Shown here piece by piece: positions 36,160 to 49,287 of a stretch of DNA of 64,000 nucleotides. The position numbers and the translations under genes are program-made. Each line of letters starts with the position of its first letter. Position 1 is the stretch's first letter. A model generated the notes under the pieces. The model worked only from the letters and a program-made list of their open reading frames with translations. It was not told the DNA's origin and ran no database searches. The stretch comes from Macrostomum lignano (taxonomy: Eukaryota). The DNA lies in contig NIVC01001691.1 in the NCBI GenBank assembly GCA_002269645.1, positions 13,534 to 77,533 on the forward strand. The letters are read 5' to 3'.

Positions 36160-39100
36160 CTGAGAAAAGTAAGAGACGGAGCATCATCTTATAGATTTTG
36201 AACCGGGTAAGGTGTACTTTCACAAAATTTTCCTGTCTGCGATTTTAATATCATGGGAATGAATTTTTATACTGAAATCGGACTAAAAACTCTTCAGTGA
36301 AAAAAATCTGGGATCATGCAACCGGGGAAAGCCTGTTGATTCTCCCAACTCTCCATTTGTTTGCTGGTGTGATGATGCCTCAATGAGGGAGGAATCAGAG
36401 CCGCTGGAGCAGCAGCGGGTGGGGATCAGGGAAGAGACGGACGGGTCTCGCGCGGTCTCCCTAATTGACGGGGAGGAGGGGGGGATTTTTCGAGTGCTTT
36501 CACGCCGCTAGATTTTCATGCATCTATATATTTATATCAATCGGGATTTGTGTGCAGGATTTATAAAAATGGGAAGTGCCTTTCACTATAATTCTGAGAC
36601 ACACATGTGCTTCTGCTTGGTCAGGCTGGGGGGGGGGGGCTAGGGTGAGACTGGTAGGTCAGATGAAGTGTGTGCACAGAGTATGCGGGCCCCATAAAGC
36701 ATAGTGATGTTTGATATATATAGAAATATCTAGCTAAGCGATGCAACTAAATGCATGCATTCATGTAAGAGACAGATGCGTATAGGGTTACAATGGGGGC
36801 CAAGCATTTATAGGTGTGATGTGTTGGCGCTTGTCCGCACGCCGTGGTCGTGTGCAACTCGTAGCATTAGACAGCTATGCTTAGACAGAGGCGAGACAGA
36901 GATGGAGAAGAATCGGTGGGCGTGGAAGCTGAGGAGGAGCTAAACCGCATGGCGGTCACAGGTTAAGGAGGCAATCAGCGAGACCCGGAGGACCGTGGTC
37001 GAGTTTCAATGCGGGTCGCGGAGAGAATTTGGAGGCGTAAAGCTAATTAATTGCACGTCTACGCTTTGGTAGGCGTAGCGGAAATCAGACGGTTTTCAGA
37101 GTAGCTGAATCGGGGTTCTTCGGTCGCCCCCTGCCCCTATCAGAGCTATAAATAGCGACCTCCATACTCCTGCACGCGGTGCTCGGGAGTGACACGTGGT
37201 TTTTGATCGCTGATGCTGGGCAATTTAGGGTTTTTAGACGATGACGGTGTAAAAAAATCGTTTTAGGTGTTGGGCCGCGGGCACCTGGCTTACGGGGCAG
37301 ACTTGATTCTTCGAACCAAGGCCTATAGCTCAGCATACATGTATTTAGCGCAATTTCAACGTGCAACAATTGACGGCTCATTGGGAACTGTTCTCACCTG
37401 TGTGAATATAGGTGTGCTTCTTCATGTCCGACTTCTGGTGGAAGCGCTTGCCGCAGTACTGGCATGGGTAGGGCCGGGTGTCGCTGTGGATGAGCAGGTG
37501 GGTGCTCAGCGTGCTGGACCGCTTGAACGTCTTGCCGCACTCTTTGCACTCGAACACTTTCTCCTGCGAGTGCACGGCCCGATGCTGCGACAGCGAGATC
37601 GAATGGCCGAACGTCTTCTGGCAGACTTCGCACTCGTAGGGCCTCTTGCCGGAGTGAGACCTGGAGTGAAACAAAACCATTTTATAGGGGACTTTTAAAT
37701 CTTGACCTTAATTGTCTTCAATAATGACAGAAACTTTAGAACCAGTTTCGGCTTCTCAGCACTGACCGTCTAACGTGAACCTCCAGTCCGTGCGGCGTTG
37801 AAAACAGCTTGCTGCACTTGACGCACTGGAAGTTGCCGACACCGCCGCCGTTGGTTGACGCGCAGCTGCTCAGACTGTCCTCGTTGCTGTTCTCATGGTC
37901 CTTGTGATCGGCCGGGCTGAGCGAGTCCGTCTCCCTGGAGGCCAAGATCGAGGGCGAATGTCGGTGATGATCGCAGAATGCGGCCATGCCAGCCGCCTGC
38001 TGATGCCTGGGGAAGGCGGCGGCTGCTGCTGACGATGACGATGGCCGATGCGGCGGCGGCGGAAGAGGCGGCGGCAGCGGCCCAGCCGACGGCAACGGCA
38101 TTGAGCCAGCCGGAGTCGGGAACCAGCTGAAGCTGGGATGCTGGGCGGCAGTCATCCGCTGCTGACTCTGCTGATGGTGTTGATGATGATGATTGTTGCC
38201 GCTGTGCTGCAGCATCGACAGGTGCGTCGGCAGAGCTGGTGGCGCGGGCGGCGGAGGTGGCGGAGGCGGCGCGCCGCCAGCCGCAGCCAGGCTGGCGACT
38301 CCGAGCATGTGCCGCAGAGCCGCCTGGTACTCCAGCAGGCCGCGCATCTGCTGAGCCGCAGCGTCCTGCAGCTCGGCGGCAGCTGATGACGTCACGGGAG
38401 GTAGCGGTGGAGCTGCGGGTTAGGGGGGGGAGGTTAAATGTTGACTATAAGAATGCTGTATAGCAGTCGCAATCGGTTAATTAGGTAGGCAGCGCAGTGT
38501 TTGGCGACACACACACAAAAAATCGGTTTAGAAAATCATTCGGAGACATCTCCATGTATCTGAGTTTCTTCAATTAGCCGGGCGCGGCACCCAGCAGCGG
38601 TGCTCAGGCGCCGCCGATCTCTGTGTGTCCTCAATCTCTAAGGCGAGGGGCCCGCATATTCCATATATATATAGATATAAATATAGCCGCATGCTCCCAG
38701 TCTTTGAAATCGGAGATTCCCAATTGAACCTGCATGCTGCGCCACGGTCGGGTTGCTCTTTGGCAGATCGAAAGATCGCCGACTTAAAGACCTCTCGGAG
38801 GGGAGCCCGCATGTGGGAGGTGGGGTGGACAGGATTCGATAGAAAAAATCGGTGAACAGCATCATGGGGTATTAAGCTGGCATGCATCGAAAAACACAAA
38901 CTGTTGCCTTGATAAAATAGCCGCTATAATGTGCCGCAAGCAACCCACCCCCCGCGGTGCCGCAATGCCGCCTCGTTTGAGTTGCTTCTTCATTCGCGCC
39001 ACCCGCTGTCGGCCTTCCCCAATTTCGTTTCTTCCCAGATTTTAATCGGGGATCTTAGTCTTAAACTCATTAAACCCGAGTCGGTGCACTGACAGTTTAA

Positions 39101-41291
39101 CAAATTTATCATTGGAAGACTGAAGAAGCTTTATTTTAGCGAATTTTTTTAAGAACCAAAGCGTGGAGATTTAGCGAATTGAGCGGACGTGCATCTCTTT
39201 TTGTTATTATTGTATAGTTACGGTTGCTATGCCAACGGTACTTCCATCTATATTTCCAACTGGGAGCAGGCATGAGGGGAGAATTATTACAAAACTATGA
39301 ATTGCGGTAGAAAAATTGTTTGCAAAGCAAAAACTAACTTAACACACAGGGCGCACACGCAGTTCTTGAAGTGGCGAATTTTGCCCAGCAACAGCAGCTA
39401 GGGCTTGGGGGGGGGGGAGATTTGCGTCATTTCATTTCATTCCCTATCAAAGCTCGCAACCTCGAAAAATCCCAAGCTGGCTGCATCGATTGCTGCTTTT
39501 TTCGAAATTTTGAACCTGCAGTTCGGTTGGTTGGCTATGGCAACACCTCCCCTGCTCGCTACAATCGAATCTTCAACTCCTTCAATTTCGCTGTTGAGTG
39601 ACGATACAACCAGCTGCATATTGCTGCGGAAAACTCAATCTAAGAAAGCTCTCTACACAGCACAGAAATTGTTGTAAATGCTGTTTAAAACCATGCGGGG
39701 AAAATTGAAATGGCATCATGGTTGGGATCGGCTGGGAAGTCAAGTGTGTCTGTATGTTGGGCCTGTGCGATCCCCAGGTTCTTGTTAACCTTGGCTATAT
39801 ATTCTTGGTGGGCCACTTTTTTGTTCAGGACTTCAGGACCTCGGGGGGCAGGACAGGCAAAACAATCAAGAAATTTGCCCACATTATTGAAGGGATAATA
39901 AATTTGATTACGCCGAAAACAATCCTAATCGGTCTCCGCCCCCCGTCCAACCATGCTGCAGAGAAAAGGATCCCATATTATAGGGTGCATTTCAGGACAA
40001 AGTTTTGTGTATATACGATTCCTACACAGAGCGCCAACCTTCATTCGGGGTGTGTGTATACATAAACAATTTCTAAGATAGAAGCTTTTTTGCAATTGCG
40101 CATCTTTTGCTTCAATTTGGTAAAACGATTTACTTTGAAACAAAACTGCAGTATATTAAAGAGAATACTGACGCCCCGTCTTTCACGTTTCATGTCCCCG
40201 TATGTTTGTTTCATGTTTTCATGTCTTCTATATGAAATTCGTAGAAATGCTCACCGATTCCATTGGGCTTGCCGTGACCTGCAGCTGCAGTGCCGCCGAA
40301 CAGGGCGGCGGCGGCGGCGGCCGCGGCGGCATAGTTCGGCCAGCAGAACCAGGGAGCCGGCAGGCCCGGTAGTGTCGGCAGCGAGACAGCGGAGGAGTTG
40401 CCGCTGGACACCGGCTTGCAGTGCGGCGGAGTCGTCTGCTGCTGCTGCTGCTGAGACTGAGAAGTGTTTGTGGTCGCTGCGGCGGCCGCGGCGGCTGCTG
40501 CTGCGGCGGCTGCGGCAGCTGCGGCAGCCGGGAACGGCATTGGCGGTAGCGGCATCGACATCGGCTGGTGCCCTGAGGCGGCCGAAGACTCCTGCCCTGG
40601 AGTCGCTGTCGGTGGCTCGCCTGTCAAATGTTTTTAAAGAGACAAAAGTTTTCTTGCATATCTTGTTTCTATACAGGCACGGGGAACTGCATTTTTATGA
40701 CCACCTGGAGCCTTCCATATTTATGGCATCGAAGTTTTTATACAAAACATTAATGAGTTGAACATTTTATAAGTTGGCACGGGACGGGCACGATGGCTTT
40801 TGAGAAACTGCCATGCGTGCTGCTGAGCAACTTCATCAGTTGAAACTTGTAAATTAACTAGATTAACTACACATAGACTCTAAAAATGCTCATGCCCTCC
40901 ATAGCTATTCCGCCTATCAATAACTTCCCCCCTGCAATTTTTCCGACGTTTCAAAAAAGAAGCAAACGATTCCTAGGAGAGGCACTCCTTTAACGAGTAT
41001 TGAGTCGGCTTTAGCAGCTGTTCAATGGGGATTCTTCTCAAATCCTACAGTCAAGTCTAATATTCGCCTGTCTGACTGCCTGGCAACGTAAAAAAATCTG
41101 CACACACTTGCGGAATCTTAAGCCCCCCCCTCTCCCTGATTCGGCAACTACTGAGCTTCTATATATCGAAGACATCGAAAGTTATATGGGGCTAGATACT
41201 CACCTTTGATCCTCTTATCGTTGACTGTCAGCTGGAGGGGCTGCTGTTGCTGCTGCTGTTGCAGATTCTGCCGATTGCTTGGGCTGTTCAT
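35732..41291 (-). CDS. GFI1: Gfi1/Senseless-family C2H2 zinc-finger transcription factor, complement join(41291-41204,40620-40255,38412-37767,37660-37398,36159-35732), 596 aa
   Basis: Six fingers nearly identical to Gfi1: [113 protein letters not shown]. All introns are GT-AG with compatible phases; 1791 nt; in-frame stop two codons upstream of the ATG. Confidence 0.95.
37398..37660 (-). CDS. GFI1: Gfi1 exon 4 (zinc fingers 2-4)
   Basis: CTCCAG acceptor; AG|GTGAGA donor. Confidence 0.96.
37767..38412 (-). CDS. GFI1: Gfi1 exon 3 (Pro/Ala-rich region plus most of zinc finger 1)
   Basis: CTAAC branch point and CCGCAG acceptor; CG|GTCAGT donor. Confidence 0.92.
40255..40620 (-). CDS. GFI1: Gfi1 exon 2 (poly-Ala/Gln low-complexity region)
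   Basis: GACAG acceptor, G|GTGAGC donor, symmetric phase 1. Confidence 0.8.
41204..41291 (-). CDS. GFI1: Gfi1 coding exon 1 ([29 protein letters not shown])
   Basis: ATG at 41291 on -; AAAG|GTGAGT donor, phase 1; missed by the ORF track. Confidence 0.75.
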
Positions 41292-41519
41292 AACTCAAGT
41301 CTTCAGCTATAATATAGAATTTGAAGAGTCAAGTGTGAAGTGTGGCCTTGTCCGCACAAGGGGGAGCTGCCTTACTCAACTGGGGCTCGGGCTCGGGTTC
41401 GAGAACGGAGAAGAGAAAATACTTCGTCGCTGCTGGATCCTCAGAAGACTTCTTTTAGCAGCAGGAGAGACAGAGAGTAGCACTGCGGGAGTTGCACAAG
41501 CTCGGAGAAATAAGATTTG

Positions 41520-41845
41520 CTGTATATATATGCATGGGAGGTGACAATCAAGTTAGGCCAAACTTATAAAATTTTGGTTGCAAGGAGGACCCTCCCAACC
41601 CCGACAGCCCCCCACCCCAGCCCGCCTCTCGGATTGAGAGAGCGAGTGAGGGGCAGAGCGAGGGCCGCCGACCCCCCCCCCCCCTCACCACCCCCCAACC
41701 AGTGCGTGGCCGCAATCCGACCAATCAGATCGGGGACTCCGGCACGGATTGGACCGGGGGCTCCGGGAGATTCCCCGGGCCCTGTCTAGAGGATGTGGGA
41801 AGCATTTTCTCCTCCGAGAATCCAAACTTGCCCCCCGATTGGTTG
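41520..41845 (-). promoter_or_regulatory. Putative Gfi1 promoter (TATA-like box plus three CCAAT boxes)
   Basis: TATATATA at 41523-41530; CCAAT/ATTGG at 41721, 41748 and 41838; GC-rich, 230-550 nt upstream of the ATG. Confidence 0.35.
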
Positions 41846-43767
41846 GGAAGAAGAAGCAAGAGGGAGGGGAGCTCAGGGAAGGCCAAATGCAGTGCGTATT
41901 AATTCTTCCCAAGCTAATATTGGAGTGGGAGTCCAAGAGCCTGCAACCAAACTGGGACCGACCGAATCTCAATGCTCCCTCACAGACAGTGTTGGTGTTT
42001 GTTCAGCCAGTTTAAGCTGAGCACAAGATGAAGAGAGAGTGTCAGTCGGTTCAGGATTGAGGAAGCTGAAAATATGCGACGAAGGGGCCAGAAAGAATCG
42101 ATATTATGCTCCCCGCAGCGCCTCATGAACTTACATAATAGTCGAAGTATATGAATACAATATATAGGCTCGTACACGCATATATAAGAACACTTAACGG
42201 ATTGCAATGCTTGCATGGGGCTGTATTGCGCAATGAGACTCTTTGCCCTGGTACACAATGCTAGCGACTCTGTGTCTGTCTGTGTGCACGGATCAGGAAC
42301 TTGTGTCGGTCGAGACATCAAAGCAATATTTATTATTTATTATTAAACGGACACAAACGGTGCCAATACGCTGTGGTTCTATAGCCGTGCAAAGTTGAAA
42401 CATCAAAGAATCTGCCGCTATTGCATACTACTTTGACCTATAATGTAACGGGAGCATTGTGTGTATGCTATATGGATTCCATACTAGATTAGGTGTTAAG
42501 AGCTTTGAGGGATTAGAAGATTGAACGACTTATCCTATATTTCGAATGAGCATCAATACTTTGTCTCTTTTATCACTATTTTCACCTCATTTTCAGTAAT
42601 TTAACTGTAGAACACGCGGAGCATACTCAAATGCCACTATAATTACCGTATACACTTTATGCGTAGTGATATATAGGTTTTGGACAAAAGGTATTAAAGT
42701 CAAAAAGTCACGCCACGAAAGACTGAGAGAGAATTTTAGGGAGCAAAGCGTTGGTTGTGATGATGACTCAAAAAGGTGTCAAACTAAAAAAGGGAAGAAA
42801 ACTATGTTATGTTTTGAGAAGCTACATAATAAGTTGAGCAATGAACAACTGTGACGACCATGCAGTTGAGATAGCACATTCGGGCTGAATAATCTTAAAT
42901 GATTTAGAATCCCCATTATTAGGCAAGCAAAACAGCACCTTGGCACATAAAGCATGCAGCTAGCGCATTCGCCTTGAAATGCTCCATTCGGTCAAATATT
43001 TGCTCTGATATAGCTCAACTGCTCACTGGAACCCGAACTGACGACCAACACCCACTGAATCAGATTCAAAGCATTTGCGGGGCGTCTTCTCAGTCCTATA
43101 CGATCGAAGCTTCTCTATAAAAATCTCAGACTCTGCTGAGCATCGAAGTTTGTATTTGAGAAGAGCAGCATGTTTGCCCAACACCTACTTCTCTAACACT
43201 TCTCTAACACTTCTCTGTCGTTCTTCTGCCGTATACAGGGTCTCAGTGTCCCCATGCATTACTGACTCGCTGAATTTAGCATGACATTGCAGTACATGAG
43301 CGAGGTGAAAGTGCAATTCCGCACATCCAGTTTCAAGTGCAATATGAATAATGAATGGTAATTAACTATAATCTTGATGGAATGATAGTTGCACCCTTTT
43401 ATCACAATCTTCTATAAACTGAATTGGTATGGCACAGGTCTATCGAAAGAAAGGTGCTGTTGTCACCTGTCTCTTGAGTTTTTAGCATTTCTTGGATCTG
43501 CAGCACAATGCAGCGAGTTGGTAGCTATGCGATAAGCAGCAAACTAATTACTATACAGGTAACTTCAGCTCAATTAGCTATATTGAGGTAATTGTGATAA
43601 TATTGTAGCAAACAGTAAGTGCTGGTCAGTGCAGTCACGGACTGCTCAGGTCAGTGAGTATTGCTATTTTGCTCATCGTTGACAACAGGAATGTGCAAAA
43701 AACTGACAAAAATTCAATGCCATGGCATATTAGCAGCTAATTGACGTCTGTCAAGCATTTGGAAGTG

Positions 43768-44410
<643 letters not shown>

Positions 44411-44986
44411 GCACACAGATAATTTATGGCAGCGGGCCGCCTACTATCAGTAGGCTGTCAGTCAAAAGGCTCCCTAATTGTGCGCAGTGAAGCGTAAAAA
44501 TCGGCGGCAAAGAACAAAAGGCAGTGAAGCCTTTAAATCGAATTTGCAGACTTATAGACTGCTAAACGTCGCCCAGTATTCATCAACGGCTGCGACTCGG
44601 CGATGAAAGAGCTCAGGAAAAAAACTGGTTGCTGGCTGGAAAGCAACTGCAAGCTACTTTGCCTTTGCCGGCTTTTGTCGCGCCTTCCACCTGACAAATT
44701 ATTGTAAGCCGCTAATTTAGTGTAGCGGTATGGGGGGAGAATTTCCCACTCTAACAGGCGCGGCCTGATCGATGATGGCCCTTTTGTCTCACCGGAGAAT
44801 TTGAGACGCCGCCAAACAAAGAAGTGTCAGGTGGTTACTCTCTCTCTCTCTCTCTGAGGAAATTTACGCGGATAAAAGCCGTGTCTGATGAGGAAAGAAG
44901 AAGGAGACCAAGAGCCAGAATCTGGAGTAGCGCCAGTTCTTTCTAAATGACTTTCGTTTTAACTAATTTTTGTCACATTTTTAAGC

Positions 44987-45200
44987 AGGGGCAGATCTAG
45001 AATTTTTCCTGGGAGAGGCGGGGGGTCAGCTGACCCCCTTGACCCCATCAGGTTCGGCCACGTCATTGAGTTAAGTTCTTCTCTCTCTCTCTCCCTCCCT
45101 CCAGCTTAGTGAGATGGAAAACAGTTAAATTTCCAGAGAGGACATGACGCCCCCCTTGATCTTTTAAGGGGAGTCAGCTGACCCCCCTTGACCCCCTCTT
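44987..45200. mobile_element. Fragment(s) of a second MITE-like family (CAGGGGCAGATCTAGAATTTTT end; GGGGGTCAGCTGACCCCC palindrome)
   Basis: Similar end at about 50164-50200; similar internal motif at about 45171-45197 and 52611-52632. Confidence 0.5.
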
Positions 45201-45555
45201 GATGAGATGTGAGATCCAGATGAGACAGGAAAGAAGAGGGAGTAGAAGCGATAGGAGGTGAGAAGAGAGACAATGATTGGAGAGAGGAGAAAAGAGAGAA
45301 GAGACACAAAGCTTGAGTGGGATGAAAGATGAGATGGGATGAGAGATAAGAGACGAGATCAGAGATGGGATTAGAGTAAATATGAGAGGAGAGACACGAC
45401 CCTTGACCGGGATAAGAGATGAGGTGGGATGAGATGCATGATGAGAAGAGATGCAAGATGAGATCAGAGAGAGATAGGGTGAGAGAAGACATGAGAAGAG
45501 ATCCAAGATGAGATCAGAAATAGGATGAGAGATACGAGTAAGTAGATGAGAGAAA
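45200..45555. repeat. Degenerate GATGAGA-rich purine tract
   Basis: Low-complexity sequence. Confidence 0.6.
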
Positions 45556-46169
45556 ACGGAACATAAGTAAAATATGTACTTTAGTCAGACTGCAAGCTGT
45601 CTGAAATTGTGTGAGGAGTTGGCAAGCCAGGCTCCGGTTCTCAGACCTCCTTGAATGAACACAATATAGCAGCGTTACCTGAAGCGGAATGCAATTCATG
45701 CGCAAATATATTTATAATATATAACTGCCTATTCTGCCTTCCGTGTAGCTCGTAGGCCTAAAATAGGATGAAGCCCGCCGGCCCCCTCGCCTTGGAGACA
45801 AAAAATGATCTGCGGTCGCCTCCCCCCCCCAGGCGTTGGAAACTGGGGGCTGAAAAAACTCGTATCAAGAAATGATTGAGAAGGTTAAAGCAGGGTTGGA
45901 TAGAAGCGGAGCTCCCATATTTTCTTAGCCGAAATTTTGCAGGCAACAAGATGAGCAAATAAGTGCTTGCTTTTTGGCTTCCCGCATGACTTTTTAAAGA
46001 AGATTGTTTTCTTGTTATTGGGCTTCTCAATGACATCGTTCAAGAGCGACCCTGCATGATACCTGTTGGTTTCTAATGAGCTTTCAATCCACATGCGGTC
46101 TGGCCAGCAAGTATTGGCAGTGAATGAATCAATGTATTTTTTTGTAATGTTCAAGAATGGGTCTATCAA

Positions 46170-46352
46170 TGAGTTCACGAGAGAGTTCATGAGTGAGTTC
46201 ATGAGTGAGTTGATGAGTGAGTTCATGAGTGAGTTCATGAATGAGTTCATGAATGAGTTCATGAGTGAGTTCATGGGTGAGTTCATGAGTGAGTTCGTGA
46301 GTGAGTTCATGAGTGAGTTCATGAGTGAGTTCATGAGTGAGTTCATAGGTGA
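46170..46352. repeat. 12-bp repeat (GAGTTCATGAGT)
   Basis: About 15 copies. Confidence 0.92.
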
Positions 46353-47790
46353 TTGATTGCTGGGTGACTGAAAGACACAATATAATCAGACAGTTCGTAT
46401 CAGTCCGAATCTTTAGTACAATAGAGTGCCTTCTAGATAAAATCTTTCGTTGAGAATTCATCCAGCATCGATCAGGATCCCTAACCAAGATCCCGGACAT
46501 GGTGTCTTGCTCAGGCATCGGAGGTCGTGAAAGCGTGTCAAGACGGCAGAACACGTATAGGAATGCACAGCTTGCTTGAGAAACTGTGAAGACTCCCCAG
46601 CCGTAGCTCGCATGGCTTAAGACTGCAGTACCAGGGTAGGAGAAGCTGCATCTCTCGTTCAGGCTTCATCAGTCACCAGGCCCTGCGATTCACTGTTGGA
46701 TGGCAATTGGGAAAACTATAAGAAGCTGCTTTGACTAAGCGCTTAGCTGACAAGTTTTACACAAAAAGGAAGCTGAGGAGTTGCTGAGAGGAAATCGGGA
46801 ACGGAGAGGCATCCGGGGTACCCCAGACTCTCCGAACTATCGAAGCGCAACCGGGTTTTTATCGGTTGGAATCGGTTGGAGATTAGCAGCTAGCGCGCAC
46901 AGTGGGGGTGCAGCTTCTCTCCATACCTCACCAGTCATGCGAGCCATCTTCATCGCCTCTACCCCCCTTTTCCCTTGTATCTCCTAGCATTCTGCTCAAT
47001 AGATACCACAGATATGACTATAAGGACTCCAGCTAAATCCAAGAAACAAAATGCGTTTAAAAAAATTACGCGAGACTTCCACTCGGATCCCAATTCCTTC
47101 CCTGCTGCTTTGAAACGTTCGCAATTGAGATGATTGTAAATAAGAAGTTTTATAATCTCGTATTGGTTAAGTATTCGGATCAGCCCATCCGCTTCCATGC
47201 GTGCACACGGGCCCAGGCCACGATCTTCATCTCGATGGGGATTCCGCCCCTGATGGAGCTTAGCATCGGTTGGGATTTTTTTTTACAGGGTCAGTCAGCT
47301 GTAGAAAACAGCGGAGCTAAAACCTACGTATACTGGCCTTGGTTGCTGACAATAGTGGTATATTTCATATAATTATATCGCGCGCGTGCTATGAGTAGTA
47401 TAGAGAGATAAAAGGTACACGATGGGCGTGTAGTATAGTAAAATGATAAACATGATATTTGATTTTACGGTTGCATGCAACAGTGCGTCTTAATTAATAA
47501 CAATATTTTCAGAAGGGCTGTGGAGCAACACCTTTGAGGATCCATGGTTCTATACCATCCGCTAATCACAGGATCTAATGTACATACACATCGTCAGGAT
47601 GGTCTTGGCTAATTTTTTGTGTATACAAGCCTCAAATAAGTGTCTTGGCGATTCAACTTATCCGTGACAATAGAAATTTGCAAAATTGACAGCTTACAAT
47701 GCAGTTGTCAGCTCCGGCTAGGTACACAAAATTTACAAAAAATATTGTACGTTTTGTAATTTACTTATATAAACCATAAATCACGCAGCT

Positions 47791-48347
47791 GATAGTAGTA
47801 TTCGTCGGCTATCAAGAACGTTTTTGTAAAACTGCAATTGGTACAGACAATATGCATGTTTCACATAGCTTTTGCCAGGCCAGTACCATGTAAGTTAGAA
47901 TATCAATTTGCCATTAATCATGAAATTGCTCGCAAATGCACATGTGTATGTGCACATCTATACCCGCTCGTCTCCAAACTTTGTTAACTTTTTCATCTAA
48001 TTTTTGCTTTTTAAACATTTTTTTCACCGACTTAATCTACGTAGAGATAAGCAGACTATCAGCAGGGTATAAGCTCTTGCGCCCCGGGGACTGCTGGCAT
48101 GCAGAACGCCGTCTGAGCAATCAGATGTGCGCATTGCAAGGCGCTGGAATATATTGTAGATCTTTATCTTGTACATGCATATACTAGTAGGAACATGTGC
48201 ATTTGCGAGCAATTTCATGATAAATGGCAAATTGATTTTCTAACTTACATGATCCTGGCCTGGCACAAGCCGTGTGAAACATGCATATTGTCTGTACCAA
48301 TTGCAGTTTTTAAAAAACGTTCTTGATAGCCGACAAGTACTACTGTC
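47791..48347. mobile_element. Foldback/MITE-like element with ~155-bp inverted arms
   Basis: 47791-47945 is the reverse complement of 48193-48347 with about a dozen mismatches; 247-bp spacer; TSD not clearly resolved. Confidence 0.8.
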
Positions 48348-48919
48348 TATAAGTACTGTATATATAAGTTCATTACGGTTATATAACAAGCCTTATAGCT
48401 ATGTAGGCTGTCAATATATCCTGCTGGTAATCCGATCCTGAATAATGCGGTGTGCAGCAGGCAGCATGCACAATGAACTTTGACTTTCTGTTTGAGCGAG
48501 TTCGTCGCAATCAAGATCCCAGCATTAATACATATACATCTACATGTGTTTATGTGGATCAGGGATCATCCCTGGATCATATGGCGTCTTTCAACCACCT
48601 AATTAACTATAACCTCAACTAAAACTGTATGTGACAACTGTACGACGCCAAAGCAAACGTTCTGTTAACATCGTGAAATTTCTCAACAGTCTTTCTCTAG
48701 CTGCAGAACCAAGTTTTTTATCCGAAAGTATTCGAAAAAAAACTCTGCACTACCAAAAAACATGTAGCTCAGTATTGCAATGCCCACTAGATTGTGCGGA
48801 ACTAGTAGTGTACGAACTAAGAAGATCAATGGCGGCGGACCAAACGCCCTCTAACAACGGTTACACACAGTCCAGACAGTACCAGTGAGAAATTTTCTTA
48901 TTTTTAAGACTAAGAGTGT

Positions 48920-49287
48920 CAGTGGCGTAGCCAGGAATTTCAATTGGGGGGCCGAGTTGGCCTGGCTGGCGCCATGCCTTATGCCATTGCCACTTTTGGC
49001 GCCACGGCACTCATTTTGGCGCCTCAGATATTTTGGCACCGCAGGCACTCATTTTGGCGCCGCAGGCACTAGCTCATTTTCGCGTCGCAGGCACTCATTT
49101 TGGCGCCGCAGACACTCATTTTGGTGCCGCAGGCACTCATTTTAGCGCCGCAGGCACTCATTTTAGCGCCGCAGGCACTCAATAATTGCCTCATTGTTTT
49201 TGGTACCCGCCGCGCCCAACCCACCCCCCCCCCAGGCGATTGGGGGGGCTGCGGCCCCCGGCCCCCTGGCCCCTGGCTACGCCACTG
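48920..49287. mobile_element. Non-autonomous hAT-superfamily MITE, 368 bp
   Basis: Perfect 16-bp TIRs CAGTGGCGTAGCCAGG / CCTGGCTACGCCACTG; identical 8-bp TSD AAGAGTGT at 48912-48919 and 49288-49295; internal ~21-bp minisatellite. Confidence 0.92.

Noticed and set aside
37318-37335. GGCCTATAGCTCAG, resembling a tRNA 5' end
   Set aside because: No D-arm completion, anticodon arm or T-loop follows.
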